Virus record (IMG/VR): IMGVR_UViG_3300046170_000069
Location: 1-55,066 of that record
Direction: 5' to 3' (one strand)
DNA from: a virus
Lineage: Duplodnaviria > Caudoviricetes
DNA: 55,066 nt
Positions 16,301 through 24,900 of the stretch are shown here, in pieces. The notes below the pieces were generated by a model. The model was not told where the DNA came from, searched no databases, and saw only the letters and a program-made list of their open reading frames with translations. The position numbers were made by a program, and so were the translations under genes. The first letter of the stretch is position 1. Each line of letters starts with the position of its first letter.

Positions 16301-18393
16301 TCAGCTTGTTTTCTTCTTGCAGCTTCCACCTCACCCATAAGTCTTCTAGCCTCATCAAGATACTTCTTTACTTTATCTCGTTGAGCTATAGCATCTTCCA
16401 GCGCTTTACCTTCTACGCCTTTCTGAGTTAGTTCATCGACAGCTTCTTGAGCAATAGCAAGCTCTTCTTCTACTGCTTTTATTCTGTACTTAACTCTAGA
16501 GTTTACAAGAGACTGTGTTTCGTCTTCTGTTAAGTCTAAGCCTTCGTCAGCATGTTTGTTTAGTACCGCTTCTCTTTGAGCTACTAAGTCCTCAAGCTGT
16601 CTTTCTAATGCTTCTTTTACTTCCGTCTTGTTTTCTATATCAAGATCATTAATCTTTTCTACCTCCCTCGACTTCTTTTCTATTCTACCGTCTAAAGACT
16701 GAACCTCATTCATATCTTCAGGGTGACGCACAGACAGCATCTCAAAGAATCTTACTCTTTCTTTCTTCTGTTCTTTCTTCTTTCTGTCAGCATCCTTATA
16801 TGGCTCTGATAGTGCATCTTCGCTTTCAGGATTTTGAGCTATAGTTTCAGCTAACTCAACATCTGTGTTGTCTTGGTTTGCTTTTTCGCTTCTAGATTCA
16901 ACAGCTGTTCTAGCTCTACCTGAATGGTCGTCTGGTCTTGTTGAATTAAAAGCAACTTCACCTGCATAACCAAGTAGGCCAGCATCTATTATTCTGTTTT
17001 TATATTCTTCAGCAGTGTAATTAGCGTTACCAACAACAGACTCGTAACCCATAATAGTAGCTTCAGCAGCACCTTCTTCCACAGCTCCGACTACTGGCTC
17101 TACACCAAACCTTTTCATGACGCCTGTACTCCAGCTTTTAGGTAACTGTCTTGCTATCGTTCCAGTACCTTTAAGTCCAATCGCAGCATACAAAGCATCA
17201 GATCCACCACTTACAAAAGCCCCACCTAATCTTTCTCCAGTATTATCATAAAGAGGTGTCTCTCCATTTTCTATAGCTTCAATATCTTCTAACTCTGTTT
17301 GACCGTAGTAGTTTACACCACCGACAATACCAGTTCCAGTTATTGCGAGTGTAGTTCCCCCTGAGTAAGCAGCTGCAACAGTTGCCCCAACCTGAGGTAA
17401 AAGCCCACCAATGCCTTCAGTAAAGCGTCTAAACCCATTGTAGTAATCACCATTTGCTAAAGAGGCAGAGATGCCTGAATCTTCTGCTTTGTACTGAGTC
17501 ATACCTTCTCTAATACCTTCTGAAGTTTCGGCAAGCGATTTGTACATTTCTCTTCTTGTATCACCGTAAGCTTCAGACAAGGATTTACCCTGCGCCATCT
17601 GTAAGAGCAAAGTCTCAGGGTTGGCAGAACCAATTAGCGATATAGGACCAGCTGAAAAGTCAACAACTCCAGATCCAATTGATCTTACAAAATCTTCAGC
17701 TAACCATTGTTCGTTGTATCTACCGTTACCTTCTAAGTCAAGATCTAAACCATAGTCTAAAAAGAACTTATCTTCTAGCTTTCTTATGTAGTCTTGATCG
17801 TTTCTTTGTTCTTCTGTTAGAGAACTTAAAATCTTATCCTTGTATCCATCAAGAACAACTCTTTCATCTTTAGCATAGTAATTAGCCTTAGCGCTTTGAA
17901 CTGCTCTTTCTCTCTCTTCTTTTACTTGGTCCGATGTAAGAATCTCTGCAACAGCACTTGTCTCTCCTTCAGGTACTTGCGGAACATTATCCCAGTAACG
18001 ATTCAATTCATCTATCTCTGCCTGAAGTTCTTCTGTAATAGGAGCAGTTCTTATAGCTTGAGACTCTGGTTGAAATCTTTTCTGTAGATCTAAGGCTGTC
18101 TTGTTTACATCAAACCCAAAATCCAATCCATCTTCTCCTGCCACCAAAGCAGAATCCGATTCCATAGTATCTTTTTTTTTTAACCCTATTAGATTCTGGT
18201 AATCTTCTCTAGATCCATTGTATCCAGACCTCGTAAATAAAACATACGAGTCTTCAAACGCTTGTTCGTTTGTAGATATTAGATTGTCGAAATCTGACTG
18301 TGTACCATTATAACCTGCTTGTGTAAACAAACCGTAAGCATCGTTGAATGCATCCTGCTGCTCCTGCTGCTTTTGATAAAGTAGTATACTCAT
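13333..18393 (-). CDS. Large internal virion/ejection protein (1686 aa)
   Basis: Helical/coiled-coil with a Gly/Ala-rich hydrophobic segment; located after the tail genes; no polymerase motif seen. Confidence 0.65.
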   Translation of the reverse strand: MSILLYQKQQEQQDAFNDAYGLFTQAGYNGTQSDFDNLISTNEQAFEDSYVLFTRSGYNGSREDYQNLIGLKKKDTMESDSALVAGEDGLDFGFDVNKTALDLQKRFQPESQAIRTAPITEELQAEIDELNRYWDNVPQVPEGETSAVAEILTSDQVKEERERAVQSAKANYYAKDERVVLDGYKDKILSSLTEEQRNDQDYIRKLEDKFFLDYGLDLDLEGNGRYNEQWLAEDFVRSIGSGVVDFSAGPISLIGSANPETLLLQMAQGKSLSEAYGDTRREMYKSLAETSEGIREGMTQYKAEDSGISASLANGDYYNGFRRFTEGIGGLLPQVGATVAAAYSGGTTLAITGTGIVGGVNYYGQTELEDIEAIENGETPLYDNTGERLGGAFVSGGSDALYAAIGLKGTGTIARQLPKSWSTGVMKRFGVEPVVGAVEEGAAEATIMGYESVVGNANYTAEEYKNRIIDAGLLGYAGEVAFNSTRPDDHSGRARTAVESRSEKANQDNTDVELAETIAQNPESEDALSEPYKDADRKKKEQKKERVRFFEMLSVRHPEDMNEVQSLDGRIEKKSREVEKINDLDIENKTEVKEALERQLEDLVAQREAVLNKHADEGLDLTEDETQSLVNSRVKYRIKAVEEELAIAQEAVDELTQKGVEGKALEDAIAQRDKVKKYLDEARRLMGEVEAARRKQADAKPEDTAEVTVDEEIDTEAEAKPEPTTDEDVETEAEPATDVRGAENALLDYLKKPVNEKVKVEEDVTKTEEDVDTEAPADVVPDDSAEAPSGSAGRLRRGVASAFNYARRLGKSFMNLGKDSFESVRAEILNNPENYIKKQNIQETKDKLSEMSNEELVANMNDNALDNFSRRNDDISVLAGIEKINRLIAKGDVDQIAGVIEELGKIGTSAGRILRHFAELKSSTPIGFTSMINSLVEKAGNTLSDKQQNKLLELTNNWFQLSKEAEQLQRKAVEGDLKAGQEFDNKVKELKKAERELSTFTNTVVERGWSDIASTLIVGNLLTPLSQATNVVANMANLLVDIPVNVLALPIEKFVNIFGIDSPLDNKRRYSMNAYLHGLKRFGQGFTEALQTIATGQEKDNVEWRVYRGFMPFRSTVAAMRGEGLPLGPDGKMKLSQRIKLFAQGTIGAPAEVMLRLLGLGDTPFRRFKEGIELYQAGINMGLEGDALKNFLKFPTKEQKLQAEKEGRKFTFQEETGLSKTFEELLRVVENKSPAAKVLLRYVAPFRRTPANITLETLTFFSPPVAIGRIFGALKKNNAREASQHLAKLTIGGMIGTATAELIRQGLISGPIDWTDEEEKNLMYSEFPPNSINATGLQRYLAGGDPSIQEGDVFRRYDKLGIIGAIMGSKAKVGVTEDDADPFSVNSVMRDAFGVSSFSTIANIMDQGFLQGVNGLLSVLGADDEEKFQKESNRWLSSMFQSISATVMPNTLSSISRMNRMYMPDFRITDDMDYTEQQLTKLSYILNEKTFNVGDIPVRTNWKGEPILQNPKGSNRFAYNLFDVTKARQGDADPVSMEIYRLYNELEDVSSMMATPTYAQKRKLSIPDLKSKSSKDTRALRRLQRSTGKTYSFLNDKDFMKQDIFLNTEQINQLLRVSNAERYEEAMELVNSGEYNRLLDQDRIKALNKVASNYNSFREFGDKGTYKNHTIMLLDMVQEIYENQQR

Positions 18394-19931
18394 TATTTAT
18401 TGTTATATACAGATGCGTCTATAGGTCCTTGTTGAGTTGACTGTTCAGTAGTTGACTCACTCCCAGCCACTACAGAATCAGTCGCTTTGTCTAAATCAAA
18501 TTCCTTTAGTCTATCGAGTGCTTCTTGTGAAGATAGGAAATCAACAGTATATCCTTCACCAAACGTAGACTGTAAAGCCTGATCTAAAGACACAGAGGCA
18601 TCTATGTATTCTTGAGTTCCATTTTCAAACTCTCGTTCGTAGTCCGTGTATTCCAGCTCTCCACTACCTGCGGCTCTTGACGCAACAGACCCCTTTACAA
18701 CAATGTCTCCATTAGGCTTTATAGTCACCACAGATGGAACTACTACCTCACCACCAACTTGAACAGCTTTAACATCTGATATAGGGTAGGTAGCTTGTAC
18801 TAAGTTAGTGTCTGCTACATCATAACCAGACCTTTCTAGGCCTTCCATGTATTCGTTCAGCAAGAAAGATTTACCTCCGCTAAACAATCTATCAACTGCG
18901 TCCACTTTAAGACCTCTTTCTTTTCTGTTTTTTTCTTCTTGAGCAGTCATTGTTTTAGAGAATCTACTTAAATCAATAAATCTATTTCTGCCCCAGTCTT
19001 CCATTCTAACAAACTTCTTGTCAGCTGGGTTTGTTGAATCGTAGTCGCCATTCATAAACCTCACTCTATCTTCTTCTGTTGTAAGAAGGTTCTGATTTAA
19101 AGCGTCACCATCATTAATAACCTTTAGTCTAAACTCAATCGCATCTGATTGATTGTCTGTTTCTACTAGGTTCATAGAGTTGTTGTAGATATCAGCAGCC
19201 TCGTCTTTATTCCAGTATCCATTATGGCTCCATCCAATATACTGTTTAGTATCCGTACTTTGAGCCTCTTCTCTTAGCCCACCTACATCTCTTGTTGTAA
19301 CCTTAGGGTCAAACATAGTAAAGTCTGTAGCTAATGGAGAAGCCTGCCAAGGTGTTCTGTTTCCGTCCTTGTCTCTAACGTAGGCGTTACCTTTTGTGTC
19401 GTACTCAACGTTGCTAAAGACATTATCTCTAGCGTTCTGTGCTTGAATCTGTTCTTGCACTGTGCTTCTCTCGAACTTCTGTCCAGACGGTAAAGACTTA
19501 TTGTATGAAGTAAGATCTGAAGCTTTATTTATTGCGTCGTACTGCTGGATAATAGGCTGACCTACTTCTGCAGTATTCTTAAATTGTCTGTAGTAATCTC
19601 TAAACTCTGAGATAATCTCAGCAGCTTTTACAGGATCGTTAGCCTCTTTAATAGATTGACGAGCCCAATCAGCTTTCTTGCTTAACATCTCAGCCCATTG
19701 ACCTCCGCCAGCTACAGTAACATCAAAGCCTGCAACTGTGTTGAGGTCATTCCTCATGTACTGTTGAGCTAACTCAAACTGTCGTTGCGCTTCTTTTTTC
19801 TTACTATCTATTAATCTTGCTGACTGAAGTATAGTATTAGGTACATCTGATGCAGACGCTATAGTTTGTGCTGCTGGCTTACCACCCTGTACTGGAGATA
19901 CTCCTTCTGTAAATACGAATCCGTTAGACAT
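18393..19931 (-). CDS. Putative internal virion protein
   Basis: 512 aa, coupled by TAATG; positional inference. Confidence 0.55.
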   Translation of the reverse strand: MSNGFVFTEGVSPVQGGKPAAQTIASASDVPNTILQSARLIDSKKKEAQRQFELAQQYMRNDLNTVAGFDVTVAGGGQWAEMLSKKADWARQSIKEANDPVKAAEIISEFRDYYRQFKNTAEVGQPIIQQYDAINKASDLTSYNKSLPSGQKFERSTVQEQIQAQNARDNVFSNVEYDTKGNAYVRDKDGNRTPWQASPLATDFTMFDPKVTTRDVGGLREEAQSTDTKQYIGWSHNGYWNKDEAADIYNNSMNLVETDNQSDAIEFRLKVINDGDALNQNLLTTEEDRVRFMNGDYDSTNPADKKFVRMEDWGRNRFIDLSRFSKTMTAQEEKNRKERGLKVDAVDRLFSGGKSFLLNEYMEGLERSGYDVADTNLVQATYPISDVKAVQVGGEVVVPSVVTIKPNGDIVVKGSVASRAAGSGELEYTDYEREFENGTQEYIDASVSLDQALQSTFGEGYTVDFLSSQEALDRLKEFDLDKATDSVVAGSESTTEQSTQQGPIDASVYNNK

Positions 19932-21025
19932 TATGCTTGGAATTGTGGTTGAGCTAGAAGGTCCTTCATGAACTCAAGTAAACCTTTAGCATCACCTTTT
20001 TCTATTAAATCCTCCATTGTGTTAGATTGCTTTGGGTTAAAGATAAGCTCTCCACCTGTAACTTCACCTTCTTTTACGCCAGTATCTTCATCGACAATAG
20101 CCTTTGGGTTTGTATCGTGATCAAACTCACCGTTAGTTTTCATACCATCTTCACCAATCTGAAGTTTACCGCCTGCAGCAAACTCTTCATCTTCTTCTTC
20201 AATTTCTGTAAGCTCTGGCAATTCTATATTGTCAATATCAACAGGTGTTCCTTGACCGCTTGATGTTCCTGATAGTATTTCTTCCATTGTTGTAAACGAT
20301 CCAGCTACAGGGTCAACGTCTGTATTGTTGACGTCTGCTGGGTTCCTGTTTGCTAGATCACTAAAGTCTCTAAGTGCAGCGAGTAATGATGAAGTTGTCT
20401 TTATACCCTCTTGAGTTGCTGTTGGCCTTGCTGCTGCTTCCTGTAGCATAGCATTAAGAAGCATCTGTCTTCCAGCTTCTGCACCAGCTGCACCTCTCTG
20501 CATTTCTGATACATCAAGACCTCTCTTAAACTCTAACCCTTCTTGTTCAAGGTCAGCAACAGCTTCGTCAGCAGCAACCTTTTCTTTAAGTCCTTTTAAC
20601 TCTGCACCCTGTAGGTTCTGCTCTATGGCTCTCGCTTGTCTTGGTAGCAAATAAGCCATTCTAGGATCTTGCGTTAAAGCATCTATTGTTCCAGCGCTAG
20701 CCTCATCGCCTCTCCTTCTTGTTGATTCTATAAATTCTTCTGCTGCAACTTTTGTATCTGCAGATAAATCTCTTTGAGCCTGACTAACAAAGTCTCCTCT
20801 ACGGAGCTTGTCTAGCATAGACTCATATAGTTTCTTTCCTGATTCTGATTGTTTTCTTCCTTCTTCCTGAAGCTCAGCCTGACCAGCCTCTAGCCCTTTC
20901 TTAACTGCTTGTCTTTGAAGGAGTCCACCAACGACTGATTGGCCAAGATCAGATTTTAAAAAATCTGCTGTGTCCGTATATGCTTCACTTTCTTGAATCC
21001 TTGTGATTAAATCTTCTAATGCCAT
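19931..21025 (-). CDS. Putative internal virion (cargo/ejection) protein
   Basis: A/Q/E-rich helical region; C-terminal FAAGG...GEFDH..NP...EVTGGE.I domain. Confidence 0.6.
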   Translation of the reverse strand: MALEDLITRIQESEAYTDTADFLKSDLGQSVVGGLLQRQAVKKGLEAGQAELQEEGRKQSESGKKLYESMLDKLRRGDFVSQAQRDLSADTKVAAEEFIESTRRRGDEASAGTIDALTQDPRMAYLLPRQARAIEQNLQGAELKGLKEKVAADEAVADLEQEGLEFKRGLDVSEMQRGAAGAEAGRQMLLNAMLQEAAARPTATQEGIKTTSSLLAALRDFSDLANRNPADVNNTDVDPVAGSFTTMEEILSGTSSGQGTPVDIDNIELPELTEIEEEDEEFAAGGKLQIGEDGMKTNGEFDHDTNPKAIVDEDTGVKEGEVTGGELIFNPKQSNTMEDLIEKGDAKGLLEFMKDLLAQPQFQA

Positions 21026-21029
21026 GATA

Positions 21030-21037
21030 CAAAAATA
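21030..21037 (-). promoter_or_regulatory. Bacteroidota -7 element TATTTTTG
   Basis: 4 nt upstream of the ATG at 21025. Confidence 0.55.
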
Positions 21038-21045
21038 CTAAATTA

Positions 21046-21903
21046 TTATTTACTATGATCTAAGTTTGTTGGTGAATACTCAACGTTTAGTGCGTATACC
21101 TCGAAGTCTTCCCTACCGAAGTCTACAATTACATCTGCAACCTGCCCCTTAGGAGCCTCTCCGTTCTGTTCTTTGTAACACAAGTATACTGGAGAGCCTA
21201 ACGTAAGAGTAACACCACCACCACTCGCTGATGGTAGCAATATACCACCCTTGTAAAACATAGGTATGCTTGGTGGGAATGTACCTAAGCCATGAAGAAT
21301 TGGATCTTCTTTGAATAACGCTGGATTATCTGTAACCTTAGGAGACTGAAAACTTCCTGCAGTATGCTCTTGCGCCTGAAGCTTAAGAAACACAGCGCTA
21401 GAAGGAATACCAAGCTCTTCAATCTCTTCCGCTGTAAATGCCAGACCAGCAGTCTTTTTGTCTTCAACTACCCCTACAAACTCTATGTTGGACATAGTGA
21501 TTCTGTTCTCTTGGCCGATGTGTCCGTATATAATACCACCACGCTCCGTAAGCTTACCGATAGTGGTTTCTTTAGGTACAACATTCTGACTTCCCTTGTT
21601 AGGTATAAAGAGATTAGATCCAGCTAAATTCGCTGGGTTAGCAGACTCAATTGAGAAAGCTTTGTATTGTTTGTTTACACTAGCAGCCTGACTAAAAGTA
21701 GCAGCAATAACAGAGTTGTAAAAAACTCCATAGAACTTGTTGTTGTCCTCCGATGATCCGTCATGCTTCCACACCACTTCTTTGGTTTCTGCTTCTGTTG
21801 GTGAGGTAACCATATGGTCTTTGATCCAGCCAATGCACGATGACACGAAGCTGTATCTTGTAGTCCAGTAGTTGCCTTTGTTGCTAAATGCTATTGTCTT
21901 CAT
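21046..21903 (-). CDS. Tail protein, resembling the C-terminal part of the stabilisation/nozzle protein
   Basis: Starts TIAFSNKGNYWTTRYSF; ATGA overlap with the upstream gene. Confidence 0.6.
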   Translation of the reverse strand: MKTIAFSNKGNYWTTRYSFVSSCIGWIKDHMVTSPTEAETKEVVWKHDGSSEDNNKFYGVFYNSVIAATFSQAASVNKQYKAFSIESANPANLAGSNLFIPNKGSQNVVPKETTIGKLTERGGIIYGHIGQENRITMSNIEFVGVVEDKKTAGLAFTAEEIEELGIPSSAVFLKLQAQEHTAGSFQSPKVTDNPALFKEDPILHGLGTFPPSIPMFYKGGILLPSASGGGVTLTLGSPVYLCYKEQNGEAPKGQVADVIVDFGREDFEVYALNVEYSPTNLDHSK

Positions 21904-24900
21904 TCTTCTGAATTAGTTCCAAATTGTGATAAAAATTCTAGTACATCTGAGATCCCAACCGAATCGTCACCGTCTATGTCTGCAACTGAATTGTTGCCTA
22001 CGTCACCAAACTCTTGGAGCAAGGTAAGTAAGTCTTGAGTTCCTACAGCGCCATCATTATTAATGTCCCCTGCAAGAGGCTGGCTGTTATCGGTAGGTAA
22101 TCCTTGAGGGCCAGCTGTCTCTGGGAATATCTCTGCGTTTATAGCCACTGTGTCAAAGAAGTAAGAGTTAGGTATCTCAAAACCTTCTGCATTAAATACT
22201 CTTGCTCTGGCTTCTGTGCTGTAAGCACGATCTTGAGGGCCACCACTTGTTGGAGGTAAAGCCTCTCTTTCGTTTCCAAGCATAAATAGGAAAGGTACAC
22301 CTCCTTGGAACTCAGCTGTAGGAGCATTAACTGGAGCGTCATTAGCGATACCAACAACATCAAAGAATACTGTCGAGTTAGGCTCTACTGGAACCATTTC
22401 ATCTATTGCAGGTGTTATGCTTTCAAACCAAGGATTTCTCTTCCATCCGTTACCAAACTGAGTCGGCCATTCAGCGAGAGGATCTAAGTCGTGATCATTA
22501 AATGGTTCGACTTTAACATACACAAGCTCATCGCTTACGTTAGAGAAAGGTATAGATACAGATGATGTAGATGTAGCTTCAGATCTTACCAGTCCAGTAA
22601 TTTCAACAGGTGCTCCAAATAAAGGCTCACCAATAGCACCCCAGTATTGCAGAGGAATGCCGCTGTCGTCTACTGGAATCTCTGATTCACCTTCGTTAAA
22701 GTCAATAACTTCACCTACATTGTACACGCTTAATAGGTATTCATCTTTGTCTGGATCGTAACCACCTACAACCTTAACCTTCTTGCCAGTATTCTCTACT
22801 TGTCTAAACAACTTTCTAAAGAAAGACTTCATGCCTGCTTCAGATATAACCTGAACACCGTTAGACGGATTAAACCTGTATACCTCTCTCGAACTCTTGT
22901 TGGCGAAGTAAACGTTGTTATCGATAGCGCAGACAGATTCAGGATTGTTGTCACATCCAGCATCTCCTGCATAGTACTTAATTGTACCTAAGACGTTTGA
23001 CGCAGCTACAAGTGACTGATCGTCTGATGCAGTAGTAATAATGTTTCTGCTTACTGGTACAGATGAAACCTTGTTCGACTGTATTACGAATGCAGAGTCC
23101 TGTTGATCCACAATGTAGTTAATACTACCATGCTCAACTGCCAAGTCTTTGAAGTGACCCTTAACAGGGTTGAACGAAGTAAGAACAAACACTGATGAAG
23201 CAGAGTTGTTTTTATCCGAGAAAGTTATTGAGGCTGTTCTTCTTACCTCTTGTGAGTCTGGAACAATTACCTTTACTTTACCCTTACCTGTTACATCAGC
23301 TCTTCTGACATTGTCGTTAAACGCTTGAGTTTCAAGCGAGTACGATTTAAAGTTAGACTCTGATTCATCACTTCCGATAAGACTGGTGAACACGCCATCA
23401 AACTTAGGCATGTTAACAGGAACCTTTCTCCACCATACGTCTCCGTCAGTCAGTGTGATTAACTCATTGTGCTGATCTATAGGGAATACGTTAGATGTTT
23501 CGTAGAAGAATAGTTCGTCTTCCTCAGCTACGTTCTTTGGAGAGAATATCTCTACAACTGTTCTCTTATTCCAGTTGTGACTCTGGGCGTTAACGTCGCC
23601 AGTACCAAGTAGTACATCCTCAAAGTTAAAACCATCTGCGTTCTTGTTGTTCTTGAGAACTATAAATGACCCCTGCTTAGCTTTGTGCGGAATAGAGTCA
23701 GTATCCTGCTCGTTATTCTCATCATACAATGGGTTGTCAGAAGTACCTCCAAGCTCTCTGTAATCTATAATCTCAAAGTCGTAACCTTCATTTAAGAACA
23801 CCCTACCTGACTGAGTATCTTCTCCAGTGTAGTAAGATATAACTCTTAGTATATCACCCTCTTTAAATGTGTACATGTCTCTTTCACCTTCTGGTGATCT
23901 GTTACCACCAGCGTCAGTGTAAGATATATTCTGATTACCCTGTAGGTGGTTAAGAGATACGTATATGTTACCGTTATCTTCGGCAGCATCTTCTGTTGCG
24001 ATGAACGCACCAGCAGTTGTGTACTGAACAAAGTCAGATATAGATGTGTTGCCTGAGTAAACGATCTGGAAAGACTCAGCAAAGTCTGGTGCTTGGTGAT
24101 TCATCTGAACCTCCATATTAATCTTTCCGTACTGGTTGTTAGATCTAGCGTAATACGGTGGAGCTAAGGCTGTTCCTAATGGGAATACATTACTTGCTCT
24201 ACCTCTTTGATCGTAGTACACTACACCGAAGGCGTGACTCGCACCGCTCTTGAACGATCTAAAACCTTCATCGTTCAGAAGTTCCATAAAGAAGGTAACA
24301 TTGTTAGCACCTGATGAAGAATGGTTAAGAGCTAATGAAGCATAACCAAAAATATCTGCCGTCTGATATGGCCCTAGCTGGAATGCGTTATCTCTAAGAA
24401 GAGGCATAGTCTCACTTGCATCGTTGTTGATGATGGTACCGCTTATGTTAGCTCCTAGTAAGTTACCATTCATCTTAGCTGAACCAAAGTTCGTTGCCCC
24501 AAAGAGTTGTGTGTTTTCGTTTACGAGGACTGGTAGAGTGTCGTAATCGCCTGATCCATCTTCCTTTCTTGGCCCACCAGCAGGACCGCCCTTACCATCC
24601 ATTAAAGAGAATCTAGACTTACCGTCAGCATTCTCTCCGCTGAAGAACAACCCTTGATGCTCTAACTGGCCTTGGAAAAACTGAAACACTTCTCCTGATT
24701 GGAAAGGCTCAGTCTTATCGAAACTGCTCAACACTGTTACTATTGGCTCAAACGGGCCTATAGGAATAACGTTTAGAGACGTCTGTAATGGAAGCTTCAT
24801 AACCTTCCAAGGACTGTTTGTAACCGCAGCTCTTAAGCATGTTGTTGCTGTAACGTTGTCTACACTCTTTATATATATACCTATTCTCCTCTTGTAAGCC

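Noticed and set aside
13333-18393. Virion RNA polymerase as in crAss-like phages
   Set aside because: No DFDxD-type catalytic motif was seen; DLDLEG occurs in an unrelated context.
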